From Candidatus Hodarchaeota archaeon (GTDB lineage: Archaea; Asgardarchaeota; Heimdallarchaeia; Hodarchaeales; Hodarchaeaceae), in NCBI GenBank assembly GCA_016839815.1, contig JAEOTM010000057.1:26346-90345 (forward strand): DNA of 64,000 nucleotides, in the 5' to 3' direction. A program made the translations under genes and the position numbers. The notes under the pieces are model-generated. The model searched no databases. It was given only the letters and a program-made list of their open reading frames with translations, and was not told the origin of the DNA. This document shows positions 9,835-20,315 of this stretch, one piece after another; the stretch's first letter is position 1; every line of letters starts with the position of its first letter.

Positions 9835-10261
9835 CTAGTGAATAATTTTTTAGTATTAAGCTCAATAAATCTTAGGGAGGAAATATCTTCATTTTTGTAA
9901 AACTCTATTATTACTTTTGTAAGTCTTTCTTGAAGGAAAATTGAAAAGTAAGATAGGTTCACTATAGTAAATATTTGTACACATTGTAGTATTAATCAAG
10001 TCTCATCTGATTTAGAACTATTTCCAAAAATCTCAACAAAAGTATCCTTAGCTTTCATCCTAGTGTAGTATACAACAGAAAATATCTCCTCCTCAATTTC
10101 ATCGTCCTAACATATTATGTATATGAAATAAATTAAAAACTTAAAAACCATTAATACTTATTAATTCATAGGAGGCAATGGACAGGTTTTTTGTATTCGA
10201 TCATTGTCTACACACTGAAAGATATCTAAAAATATAAATAAATTAAAAGGTCCGCTTAAAT

Positions 10262-10945
10262 TTGGAACTAGAAGCAACTGCATCCTCAAAAGATAAAATA
10301 TTGCAGTACTTATTGCTCAGTGGATCTACCGCTGAGGAATCATGTACTGTAAAAGAAATTGCTAATCATTTGAATATCAGTATTAATGCTACTCGTCAGT
10401 ATTTAATTGTTTTAGAAAAAGAAGGCTTGGTGGTACGAACCACTCAAAAAAGTACCACAGGTAGACCTGCAATTCTCTACTCATTACATCCAGATGCTAT
10501 CGAAGAATTTCCAAAACAATACCGAGATTTTTCTGTAAAATTATTAGCTGAGGTTCAAGAAAGGATTGGGACTCAAGCTACTATCGACCTTTTAAGAGAA
10601 GTTGGTAAACAGATAGCTCAGGAAGTACAACCTTATGTCTTAGCAAATCTAGAGCCTGGAGGCTCCTATGAGTCTTTGAGAGATAGACTACATAGTGTGG
10701 TAAAGGTTTATCACCAGTATGGTAAGTATCCTGAATTATTAGAAGATGATGCATCTTTCGCACTTAAAAATTATAACTGTCTAATATTCGGAGTTGCTAA
10801 GGAAAACAGCCTCGCTTGTACAGTTGATGAGTCAATAGTAACTGAATTAGTAGGAGCACCCGCAGTAAAAGAGAAGTGTATTCGCGAAGGCGACGAGTGC
10901 TGCTTATATCGGATTAAAAAAACTGAATTCTCAGGTAAAGCTTAG
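10262..10945 (+). CDS. ArsR/SufR-like wHTH transcriptional regulator with Cys-rich sensor domain
   Basis: HTH (VKEIANHLNISINATRQYL..LEKEGLV), GRPAILY, C-terminal NC..AC..C..GDECC. Confidence 0.8.
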   Translation: MELEATASSKDKILQYLLLSGSTAEESCTVKEIANHLNISINATRQYLIVLEKEGLVVRTTQKSTTGRPAILYSLHPDAIEEFPKQYRDFSVKLLAEVQERIGTQATIDLLREVGKQIAQEVQPYVLANLEPGGSYESLRDRLHSVVKVYHQYGKYPELLEDDASFALKNYNCLIFGVAKENSLACTVDESIVTELVGAPAVKEKCIREGDECCLYRIKKTEFSGKA

Positions 10946-11473
10946 TTTGTGGAATATTTTCAGAATAAACGACATCCAGAGTCAAGAGAAATATCCGACT
11001 CTCTAGTCGAAGACATCTACTTATGTTTTTTTAAAAGGAAAACTAATCCCACCTCTATTCCCCTACCTTCAAATCCTAAATGATTGAACATACTTCTGCA
11101 TTCCTGCTTCAATCATTTTTCTAGGATTTCTTTGTGTAATTCCATTTTTTCATCTGTACATTGCGTATGTTTTGTAACTTTTTGATGTAAAAACATAGAT
11201 ATACTTTTTAACATTATTAATTGTTTGTACTTTTGTATTCAGATACAGATGAGCGTCTTTATCGGCGGTAATACACAGATTTCACAAAATTGACTATTAG
11301 TTCCTATTAGCTATTACTAGAGTAGACGGAATATACCACAGATATCAAATCTAAATCGCTTTGAGAATACAAGATGAAACAGAAATAAAAAGACGCAATG
11401 TAGAAATTAATAATAATCATCTCGCATAAAGTAGGTAGAGAGATAACAGTATTATTGCAAGAGTGTTAAAGAA

Positions 11474-12352
11474 ATGAAACTCACTAAAAAGAAAATTATA
11501 ATGATTACGTTTATTGCATTTTTATCCTTTGGTTCCATTGGGTCTAGCGTCTTGGGAGGAACGGTATCGGTTACTCAATCCACATCCGGATTTGTTGCAC
11601 CGATAGCTCCCTCAGATTTAAGTCTGGTTGACGGTCAAATCGCAGATTTTTGGATCAACGTCACCTCTTATCAAAACATTTCAGAATTCGGAGAAGGAGG
11701 ATATGTCAAATTTGCAAATAATGAAACACATCTTTATTCGTTACTTGTATTCCCATCAGATAGTGATTGGGTTTCAGTTGAATTTCAACCAGAACCTGAT
11801 GCATGTATGACTAACCTAAATGATGGATGGAGCCTGTATGTGACAGAAAATCCCGATACAGTCGAAGCTAAAGATATTAAATTTGTCGGGGTTGTAATGC
11901 CAGACGATGATGCCCAAAAAGATATTACAATTGAAAGTGTATTCGAGGGAAGTATGACATACGTGGAGTTAGTTCGGCCATTTGATACTGGAGATACAGA
12001 CGGTTATGATATTGTTTATACAAACGGAAGTTTAAATATGATGCAGTTTGCCTCAGCTTCGGATCATATTGGAGCTCATACTGATTATTATTTGCTTATT
12101 ACTGATTCCCTTGCAGGAGATGTTCCCACTAATCCTTCCGTTGATATTCCAACAGGTGCCAATCTTGGACAGATAAAATTCCTCTTATTAGGTGTAACTC
12201 CAGTGGGTGTCGTCGTTTTCATTCTTTTCCATGCATTCCGTAGAGTATATTCAAGTCCTATTAAACACGAATTCAATAGAGTTGTTGGTAATTCTCATAA
12301 ACCCCCAACATTTATGGAACGTTGGAGAGAAACTTTTGGATCAAAGCAATAA
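11474..12352 (+). CDS. Secreted, membrane-anchored DOMON-like (putative heme b-binding) protein
   Basis: Signal peptide, DGQIADFW, ELVRPFDTGDxDxYDI (DOMON/EBDH-gamma-like), candidate Met/His ligands, C-terminal TM. Confidence 0.55.
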   Translation: MKLTKKKIIMITFIAFLSFGSIGSSVLGGTVSVTQSTSGFVAPIAPSDLSLVDGQIADFWINVTSYQNISEFGEGGYVKFANNETHLYSLLVFPSDSDWVSVEFQPEPDACMTNLNDGWSLYVTENPDTVEAKDIKFVGVVMPDDDAQKDITIESVFEGSMTYVELVRPFDTGDTDGYDIVYTNGSLNMMQFASASDHIGAHTDYYLLITDSLAGDVPTNPSVDIPTGANLGQIKFLLLGVTPVGVVVFILFHAFRRVYSSPIKHEFNRVVGNSHKPPTFMERWRETFGSKQ

Positions 12353-12405
12353 ACTCTGAAGTCAATCCTCCCAACAATCTTAATCGACCAGTTAACAAGT
12401 AAGAT

Positions 12406-13131
12406 GTGGCGAACATGTCTGAAACAGCGAAATCTAGCACAGAAGTACAAACTAAATTTAAACTTCTCATTGTCGAACGATATAAGCGATCTCAGCGAAT
12501 TCATCACTGGATCCATGTCATATTTATGATTTTTTTCCTATTCACAGGTCTCGAACTGATCCTTAAGATGTATTTTGTTGGAGATTACTTCTTTACTCGA
12601 GATTTACACCTAGCATCTGGTATTTTTATAGGGTTCTGGGACCTTATTATCTTCCCTGCTATTGTGGTAAAATTCAAAAAGTATGGAGAATTGATACCTA
12701 CTCCAAGAGATTTCCTGGATATGGTCATAATATTTCTATGTGCAATCAGAATTCTTCCTGATGAAAAATATCCACATTATGACTATTATAACCCTGAAGA
12801 AAAGAAATACATCATGAAATATCACCCTGCTCAAAAAGTACTCTCTTTAACGAATCTACTAGCCATATTTGCTATGGGAGTTACAGGAATTGTTCTTTCA
12901 AAAACAACTCATCCTGACAAATTACCAGTGATTGTTGTTGACATTTTTTCAGCGATCGCTAGTCCGTTAGACGCTCTCTTTATTGATATCCGTTTTGTTC
13001 ACTTTTTGGTCTTTCTATACTTTATTATGACAACTATGATTCACTTTTATTTCGCAATTATTCCACAGAATCGTGAGCGTCTCCGAGGTATGGTCACAGG
13101 AAAGGAACGAATTCCACTCGAGAAAAAATGA
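12406..13131 (+). CDS. Di-heme cytochrome b (FdnI/HyaC-like) membrane protein
   Basis: RxQRIHHW, LHLASG, KYHPAQK, RFVHF, IHFYFA, LRGMVTG. Confidence 0.85.
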   Translation: MANMSETAKSSTEVQTKFKLLIVERYKRSQRIHHWIHVIFMIFFLFTGLELILKMYFVGDYFFTRDLHLASGIFIGFWDLIIFPAIVVKFKKYGELIPTPRDFLDMVIIFLCAIRILPDEKYPHYDYYNPEEKKYIMKYHPAQKVLSLTNLLAIFAMGVTGIVLSKTTHPDKLPVIVVDIFSAIASPLDALFIDIRFVHFLVFLYFIMTTMIHFYFAIIPQNRERLRGMVTGKERIPLEKK

Positions 13132-13294
13132 ATTTCTGATTCATTGTTTCTCTCGAATGTTTCTTTCTTACTTCTTTTGATGAATGCAATTCTTTACAAA
13201 GTTTACACTGAAATATATGAAAAAAGTATTAAAAATGTGTAAACCGCCAGTAGACCTTATATAGAACCCTTTCCCAACTATTACATGATTTATA

Positions 13295-13960
13295 GTGTTT
13301 ATCAGGGAAAAAGAAGTCAATTTTTCAGATTATAATGTCAAATTTCTTCTAGCTTTTCTTTTTGCAGTAATTCTACCTTTCTTGATGGTAAGCACTCTAA
13401 TCATTAATATCTCTTTTAACATTATTTTTTTCCCGTTTACTGTTATCCATGAAGTAGGTCATTTTATTGTAGCTATACTGCTCTTTCCTGAACAAAATCC
13501 TCAATTAAAATTACTTACCTTTAAAGAAGGATTAAAATGCGGATGTGTGACCCTTGGTGGATTAGAAATCTCTTGGGGAACAATTATTCTATTACTATCT
13601 GGATCTGTACTTGTAATATTAACTGTAACAATGGGGATGTGTATTTTAAGCCGCAAAAATAACAAACTAAACCCATACATTCAAAAATATCTTCTATTCG
13701 GCTTACTCTGCGATCTTCCCAATCTTTTTCCTACCTATCCTTCTGAGGGGGTTGTAACCGATGGCTTTCGTACTTGGTTATTTCTTCATGATCTTATCAA
13801 TCTTCCCTACCCAACTCCCCAATTTTCTCTGATCTTTACAGCAATTGCTTCAGTTATAATATTCTATTCTTCCTTTTATCTTGGACTCTTTTTATTTGAA
13901 ATTCTACTAAATTCCGTTGGAAAATGGCAAAACCAGTCAATATATCCTTCGGTATCCTGA
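13295..13960 (+). CDS. Membrane Zn-metallopeptidase-like protein (M50B-like)
   Basis: HEVGH within TM context; NLFP...TDG motif. Confidence 0.65.
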   Translation: MFIREKEVNFSDYNVKFLLAFLFAVILPFLMVSTLIINISFNIIFFPFTVIHEVGHFIVAILLFPEQNPQLKLLTFKEGLKCGCVTLGGLEISWGTIILLLSGSVLVILTVTMGMCILSRKNNKLNPYIQKYLLFGLLCDLPNLFPTYPSEGVVTDGFRTWLFLHDLINLPYPTPQFSLIFTAIASVIIFYSSFYLGLFLFEILLNSVGKWQNQSIYPSVS

Positions 13961-14136
13961 TAATCAGTATCTTCACTCTTTTCGGAAACAAAAATTTATG
14001 ATCTGAATGATTTCGTACAAGAATGAGATTCTTATCCCATTTCGTTTGAAAAATTACCCGAAATCTGTAAAAATTTAGTGCAAACTTAGTAAAGTTAAGT
14101 ATATTCACCGAACAGAAGAGAAATTCGTGAACTGTT

Positions 14137-14613
14137 ATGCCATCAGAGGATTATATTATTTCTATGTTCAGGAAAGATGATTGTAAACGGCTTATTCGGT
14201 CTAAACTAAATGCTTTATCTGAATCGGCAACCATACGAGAAGCAATTGATGCACTTCGGTCTCAATGGTCAAGTTATGTCTGTGTATTGGATGAAGAACA
14301 AAATTTAAAGGGAATCATAACAGAGCGGGATATTCTTCGCTTTATTGGGTCAGGTTCATTGGATGAGACTGCTCTCGCAACTACTATCATGAATAGCGAC
14401 TACCATACAATTGAATGTAGAGAATCCATTGCTCAGATCGCTTTAACTCTTTATAAAAATACATTTATGCATTTGCCTATTTTAGATGAAGGAAAGCTTG
14501 TCGGAATTGTCTCTGCACGCGATTTTATACACTATCTAGTCGAATATTTTGCGGAAAGCGTCCATACACTCAAACCAGCTCAACCAACCCAAGAAAGACG
14601 CGAAGGAGCATAA
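14137..14613 (+). CDS. CBS domain pair protein
   Basis: GIITERDIL, HLPILDEGKLVGIVSARD. Confidence 0.9.
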   Translation: MPSEDYIISMFRKDDCKRLIRSKLNALSESATIREAIDALRSQWSSYVCVLDEEQNLKGIITERDILRFIGSGSLDETALATTIMNSDYHTIECRESIAQIALTLYKNTFMHLPILDEGKLVGIVSARDFIHYLVEYFAESVHTLKPAQPTQERREGA

Positions 14614-14654
14614 ATAGCTTCTATATTATTGAGATTATTAATAGAGGAAAATCG

Positions 14655-16556
14655 ATGACTGAGGTCCAAAAACTCGAAAAACGGAAAAAAGGATTTCCTA
14701 AAAAATCTAAAAAAGAACTAGATAGAGTGGTTATTCGTCTAGCGGGTGATAGTGGGGATGGAATGCAACTAGCCGGCTTGAAATTCACTTCCGCATCTGT
14801 AATGTTAGGCAATGATGTTTCTACTTTTCCTGATTATCCTGCAGAGATCCGAGCTCCTCAAGGAACTTTAGCAGGTGTCTCTGGATTTCAGGTACACTTT
14901 TCTGCCACAGAAATTTATACTCCAGGAGATTCCTTGGATACACTCGTTGCAATGAACCCCGCAGCGTTGAAAGTTAACATTCAGGATTTAAAACCAAGTG
15001 GAATATTAATAATTAACAAGGATTCTTTTACTCCAAGAAATTTAACAAAGGCTGGATATTCAACTAGTCCATTAGAGGATGGATCGTTGGAAAATTTCCG
15101 TGTATATCCTGTTAATATAACAAAACTGAATAAAGAGGCAGTAAGCAAAATAGAAGGGATGTCAGGTAAGCAGATCAATCTCACTAGAAATTTCTTTGCA
15201 TTAGGATTAATATCATGGTTGTATGATAGGCCTCTTGACACGACAATCACTTGGATTTCGCAGAAATTTAAAAATCGTCCAACTATCGTAAAAGCTAACA
15301 CAGAAACACTAAAAGCTGGTTTTTACTTTGGGGAGACTAACGAATTTGTACCTGTCCAATACACTGTTCCAAAGGCAATGATGGACCCAGGTTTCTATCG
15401 ATATATTTCAGGGACTCAAGCACTAAGTTTGGGGTTAGCCACTGCTGCTCAACTTGCGAAACGGGAATTATTTTTCGGTGCTTATCCAATCACGCCAGCA
15501 AGTGATTTATTACATGAATTAGTACGGTTAAAGGGGTATGGGATAAAAACCTTTCAAGCTGAAGATGAAATAGCTGCTATTGGCTCAATAATTGGCGCTG
15601 CTTTTGGGGGAAGTATTGGAGTTACTGGAACTTCAGGACCTGGCCTAGCTTTAATGAGTGAAGCACTTGGACTTGCAGTAATTACCGAACTACCACTAGT
15701 TCTAGTGAATGTGCAACGTGCTGGCCCTAGCACAGGAATGCCTACAAAACCCGAACAGAGTGATCTGCTTCAAGTGCTCTTTGGTAGAAATGGAGAATCC
15801 CCACTTCCCGTTTTTGCTCCTGAAACTCCAGGAGATTGTTTTACTCTCGCTATAGAAGCAGTACGAATTGCTTTCAAGTACATGACTCCTGTGGTACTAC
15901 TATCAGATGCGTATTTAGCTAATAATATTGATCCATGGAAGATTCCAAACATCAGTAAATATCCCACAATTGAGATTGTCAATCCAACTGATGCCCCTCA
16001 AGACTCTGAAGGAAGGTACACACCTTATACAAGAGATGAAAATTTAGCACGTCCATATGTTATTCCTGGAACTAAGGGCTTGGAACACAGAATTGGAGGG
16101 CTTGAAAAAGAACAAGTAACTGGAAACGTGAGTTATGATCCAGTAAATCATGAAGAGATGGTAACCCTCAGAGACCAGAAAATCCTTGGTATTTCCCGAG
16201 ATATTCCTCTCCAGACCATTAATGGGCCTTCTGAAGGTGATGTTCTTGTCTTGTCTTGGGGTTCAACTTATGGTGCAGCACATACTGCGTGTGAGAATCT
16301 AAGAAAAAAAGGACTTTCTGTTGCAGATACTAACTTAAGATATCTTAATCCGTTCCCTTCAAATCTCAGAGAGATTGTGAAATCCTACAAACAAATTCTT
16401 ATCCCTGAAATGAACAAAGGACAGTTACAATTCCTTATTCAAGCTCGTTATGCTATCAAAACAGAAAGCATGACAAAAGTGCAAGGAAAACCATTTTATA
16501 TTGAAGAAATTGAAAATAAAATAGAAAAACTTATTATGGGGCTAAATCATGACTAA
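14655..16556 (+). CDS. korA: 2-oxoacid:ferredoxin oxidoreductase alpha (fused gamma-alpha)
   Basis: AGDSGDGMQL, YPITPAS, QAEDEIAA, TSGPG, QRAGPSTG. Confidence 0.95.
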   Translation: MTEVQKLEKRKKGFPKKSKKELDRVVIRLAGDSGDGMQLAGLKFTSASVMLGNDVSTFPDYPAEIRAPQGTLAGVSGFQVHFSATEIYTPGDSLDTLVAMNPAALKVNIQDLKPSGILIINKDSFTPRNLTKAGYSTSPLEDGSLENFRVYPVNITKLNKEAVSKIEGMSGKQINLTRNFFALGLISWLYDRPLDTTITWISQKFKNRPTIVKANTETLKAGFYFGETNEFVPVQYTVPKAMMDPGFYRYISGTQALSLGLATAAQLAKRELFFGAYPITPASDLLHELVRLKGYGIKTFQAEDEIAAIGSIIGAAFGGSIGVTGTSGPGLALMSEALGLAVITELPLVLVNVQRAGPSTGMPTKPEQSDLLQVLFGRNGESPLPVFAPETPGDCFTLAIEAVRIAFKYMTPVVLLSDAYLANNIDPWKIPNISKYPTIEIVNPTDAPQDSEGRYTPYTRDENLARPYVIPGTKGLEHRIGGLEKEQVTGNVSYDPVNHEEMVTLRDQKILGISRDIPLQTINGPSEGDVLVLSWGSTYGAAHTACENLRKKGLSVADTNLRYLNPFPSNLREIVKSYKQILIPEMNKGQLQFLIQARYAIKTESMTKVQGKPFYIEEIENKIEKLIMGLNHD

Positions 16557-17580
16557 GGACGAAAGTATTACAACTGATTCCTTGTTATCACCGAAGGATT
16601 TTGATTCAGGATTTGATGTACGATGGTGTCCAGGTTGTGGAGATTACGCAATTTTAGCGAATTTAAAGCGAGTTTTTCCTACTTTGGGTATTCCTAAAGA
16701 GAATTTTGTTATAATTAGTGGAATTGGATGTAGTAGTCGATTTCCGTATTATATGGACACATATGGTATGCATACAATCCACGGGAGAGCTCCAACAATT
16801 GCAACGGGACTTAAATGTAGTAGACCTGATCTTTCAGTCTGGGTAGTTACTGGTGATGGTGACGGTTTATCTATTGGAGGAAACCATTTAATGCATGCAA
16901 TTCGGAGAAATATCGATATCAAAATCATTCTCTTTAACAATCAAATATATGGATTAACCAAAGGACAGTATTCTCCAACGACAAAACAATCTAAACGCAC
17001 GAAATCATCCCCCACAGGATCCATAGATTACCCTGTGAATCCAATTTCATGGGCATTAGGAGCTGAGGCTACATTTATCGCTCGAACGATATTCCAGTAC
17101 CCAGATCATATGCAATACGTTCTCCGTCGTGCGGCTGAACATAAGGGAGTCAGTTTTGTCGAAATTTATCAAAACTGTGTGATTTTTAATGATGGAGCTT
17201 TCCAGTATGCTACTGATAAAGAGATGCGGTATGATAATATCTTTGAATTAGAACATGGAAAACCCATGAAATTTGGCCGTGATCAAGAAAAAGGTATATT
17301 TCTCCATGGATTAACACCCAAAGTTATTAATTATAAACAAGCAGGTTTTGAAGAAACAGATTTACTCCACCACGATGAGAGTGTCCAAGAATCAACATTA
17401 GCGTTTTTTCTTTCACGAATGCGCTATCCTGAATTTCCTGAACCAATTGGAATCTTTCGTGCTATTCAAAAACCAACCTATAATGATCTCCTGAGTAAAC
17501 AGATGGAAGAAGCAAAACAAGGTGTTAATAGGCCTCTTCAAGAAGTTATAAATGGAGAAGAAAATTGGACGGTTACATAA
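16549..17580 (+). CDS. korB: 2-oxoacid:ferredoxin oxidoreductase beta
   Basis: WCPGCG, SGIGCS, HGRA, GDGD, YGLTKGQYSPT. Confidence 0.95.
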   Translation: MTKDESITTDSLLSPKDFDSGFDVRWCPGCGDYAILANLKRVFPTLGIPKENFVIISGIGCSSRFPYYMDTYGMHTIHGRAPTIATGLKCSRPDLSVWVVTGDGDGLSIGGNHLMHAIRRNIDIKIILFNNQIYGLTKGQYSPTTKQSKRTKSSPTGSIDYPVNPISWALGAEATFIARTIFQYPDHMQYVLRRAAEHKGVSFVEIYQNCVIFNDGAFQYATDKEMRYDNIFELEHGKPMKFGRDQEKGIFLHGLTPKVINYKQAGFEETDLLHHDESVQESTLAFFLSRMRYPEFPEPIGIFRAIQKPTYNDLLSKQMEEAKQGVNRPLQEVINGEENWTVT

Positions 17581-17635
17581 TCCTTTGTAAAATGACATTT
17601 AACTAATATAAACAGCGGTATAGGAAGAAACTAGT

Positions 17636-18148
17636 ATGAAATGTCCAGCGTGTGGATATACAAATTTACCTGGAGCATCAGTATGCGAGAATTGTAGTAC
17701 TGACTTGACATATTTTGAGGAACCAAAAATCGTTACAGAATCCAAAATAGAAAAAGCTATCATGAAAGATACGCTTGATCATATCTGCAAAGAAAAATCT
17801 ATTGCAATTAAAGTTACACCCACAATGTCGATACGAGAAGTAATCGATCTAATGTTGAAAAACCAAAAATGTTCAGTTGTCATTATGGAGGAGGAGAAGA
17901 TTGTAGGAATATTTACAGAAAGGTCATTACTTAAACGTGTCTGCGGAGAATCACCTATTAATGTAGATCGACCAATATCAGAAGCCATGCTTTGCGATCC
18001 CGAAATCTTGAATTCTAATAATTGTGTAGCGGATGCTTTACACATGATGGAAGCGGGTGGATATACTTATGCTATTGTAGAAGGGAATCCTTTACGAGTA
18101 TTAAATATCAAAGATATCTTAGAGTATATTATCGAACTAGAAGTCTGA
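17636..18148 (+). CDS. Zinc-ribbon plus CBS domain protein
   Basis: CPACG...CENC N-terminus; GIFTERSLL CBS motif. Confidence 0.85.
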   Translation: MKCPACGYTNLPGASVCENCSTDLTYFEEPKIVTESKIEKAIMKDTLDHICKEKSIAIKVTPTMSIREVIDLMLKNQKCSVVIMEEEKIVGIFTERSLLKRVCGESPINVDRPISEAMLCDPEILNSNNCVADALHMMEAGGYTYAIVEGNPLRVLNIKDILEYIIELEV

Positions 18149-18172
18149 AGAATAGCTTGTAGATGAAATTCT

Positions 18173-18583
18173 ATGAATAAAAAAGTCAATTCCTCTGAAG
18201 AGGAATGGAGAGAGAAGTTATCTCTTAACCAATTTCGAATTCTTCGAGAAAAAGGTACTGAACCAGCTTTTACTGGTGAATTTTGGAATCATTTTGAAGA
18301 TGGACAATACATATGTGCAGGTTGTGATACAATTTTATTCGTTTCTGATACGAAATTTGAATCTAATTGTGGATGGCCAAGCTTCTCAGTTCCAGCAGAT
18401 GACGTTATTGATGAAAAAAAAGATGTTAGTCATGGAATGATCAGGACAGAAGTATTATGCAAAAACTGTGGTGGTCACCTTGGACATGTTTTTAATGATG
18501 GCCCCAAAGATAAAGGTGGTCTACGCTATTGTATCAATTCCCTCTCACTTATTTTTAAAGACAAGAAATCCAACTCTGATTAG
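18173..18583 (+). CDS. msrB: Peptide-methionine (R)-S-oxide reductase
   Basis: [28 protein letters not shown]. Confidence 0.97.
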   Translation: MNKKVNSSEEEWREKLSLNQFRILREKGTEPAFTGEFWNHFEDGQYICAGCDTILFVSDTKFESNCGWPSFSVPADDVIDEKKDVSHGMIRTEVLCKNCGGHLGHVFNDGPKDKGGLRYCINSLSLIFKDKKSNSD

Positions 18584-18637
18584 TCTAAGATCCTGTCAAA
18601 TTAAATTCCTTAGTACTCAAAGGATAAGAAATGCGGT

Positions 18638-19996
18638 TTAATACTGATTTCTCTTTTTTCTATACCTGTACAGAACGAGTGCTATAAGAAAAACATAAGG
18701 GAGAATTTGGCTAGAGGTCAAGTAAGGGAAACTATCACTTGTCATTTCTGTACTGGTGTCATTACTTTGAGTAGAAGATGCATTATATGGAGTACTTAAT
18801 GGATATGGATCAGAATTTTCGGCTTCTCCATGTATATTATAAGGGAAATCGACATAATTATCACTATCATCGTCCGGGATTGTCCAATCATCCCAGAAAT
18901 TATGAATAAATGTATTTCCAAAACCAGAGTCAAACGCCTGAGCCGTATTTGTTATGGAATTAACGAAAAAATTATTGTAGGATACATGGTTATTTGAGGT
19001 TGAATTAGTAAGTGATAATCCGTAGTTCTGAGAGTATTCAATGTTGTTTCGAATAATTGTTATATTATGGCAATCTTCAAGGGCACCTATACCATAATTA
19101 CTGTGTTGGGAGATCGAGTTGTTCTCAATTCTGAAGTTGGATGCCCATAAAATCTCAATTCCACTTATTCCATTGTAATAGATCAGATTATCGGTAATTG
19201 TGGAATTTCCAAATGCAAATTCATACTGAATTCCATTCATTTCATTGTGGTGAATTCTGTTTTTAGTAATATTTACAAGAAAATTGTCACCAAGGAAGAT
19301 ACCACATCGAGTATTATCATGAATATCATTTTCATATACTTCTGTATCACGAGTAAACATTAGAAATTCCAACCCCTCTCCATTCTCATAGACATTATTT
19401 CTAATAATTTTTACATGTTCAAAATCTTCTATACCTATTCCTTTCCAGGAATTCCTTGTGATTTCATTCTCAAATATTAGCGCGGCTCCATGGCCGAACA
19501 TTTCTATTCCCACATCATTATCTTCAATTACATTGTTCGATATAGTGGTATTCGAACCTTGCAGGAGAATCCCTGACCAAGCGTTATTGAAAATATGATT
19601 CATAGAAACTTTTATATTGTATGTATTCAAAAGTGATATTCCTAATTCTCCACCAGACAATTCATTTTTCTCGATAGTTACATGCAGTGATGTTCCTTCT
19701 ATCCTAATGAGTCTCTCATCAGCTTGAGAGATTGATAGATTTGAAATAATAAAAGGTGTGTTCGATGACCCATCACGAGTTCCATTTAAATCCCAGTTCT
19801 CAGCCCGAGCTTTAGATCTAAGATCTTCGTTATTTGTAATGTGAATAGGATCATGAACTTTAAAGTCTGCTGGTGAGTTAATGGACTGATTTTTAGAGCC
19901 TGAATTGATCAATAAATTTCCACTGTGTAAATTAATTACAATTACGGTACAAATACAGAGAATTAACAAATACTTTCGAGACACTACCTCGTCCAC
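18638..19996 (-). CDS. Right-handed parallel beta-helix (NosD/CASH-like) surface protein
   Basis: N-terminal hydrophobic signal, Asn-rich NxIxxN repeats, HNFWDD/DPYPL cap, S/T linker, TM and basic tail. Confidence 0.85.
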   Translation of the reverse strand: MDEVVSRKYLLILCICTVIVINLHSGNLLINSGSKNQSINSPADFKVHDPIHITNNEDLRSKARAENWDLNGTRDGSSNTPFIISNLSISQADERLIRIEGTSLHVTIEKNELSGGELGISLLNTYNIKVSMNHIFNNAWSGILLQGSNTTISNNVIEDNDVGIEMFGHGAALIFENEITRNSWKGIGIEDFEHVKIIRNNVYENGEGLEFLMFTRDTEVYENDIHDNTRCGIFLGDNFLVNITKNRIHHNEMNGIQYEFAFGNSTITDNLIYYNGISGIEILWASNFRIENNSISQHSNYGIGALEDCHNITIIRNNIEYSQNYGLSLTNSTSNNHVSYNNFFVNSITNTAQAFDSGFGNTFIHNFWDDWTIPDDDSDNYVDFPYNIHGEAENSDPYPLSTPYNASSTQSNDTSTEMTSDSFPYLTSSQILPYVFLIALVLYRYRKKRNQY

Positions 19997-20123
19997 TCCA
20001 ATCTATTCTTACCAAGTTCTTTTATTGGGAGAATGAAAGATATGACCTTTTCTGGATATTAATAGTTTATCTTTCTATGCAACACTTTTGACCGAAGAAG
20101 GTCTACGACTGAAAAAATGTTTT

Positions 20124-20274
20124 CTAGTCAAATTTAGGTTTAGATGCTTTCAATATAAGCATTAAAGGAATTTTTGGATATTTGTCAGGAAGTTGCCACC
20201 ACCTCTCTCTCTTCCAGAAAAGGATACATTTCCCAAGAGATAAATGGAGATTCAAGGATAAAATCTATTCTCAT
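20124..20274 (-). pseudogene. Frameshifted relic copy of the 3' end of the methyltransferase at 21308-22126
   Basis: Reads MRIDFILESPFISWEMYPFLEERE/(2-nt deletion)/WWQLPDKYPKIPLMLILKASKPKFD*. The intact gene reads ...IEFIHEFPFISWEMYPFLEEREGWWHLPDKFQKIPLMFSLKATKPK*. Confidence 0.85.
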
Positions 20275-20315
20275 CAAATTTTGAAGAAGAAAAAGTATTA
20301 GAAATATTGCATTAC

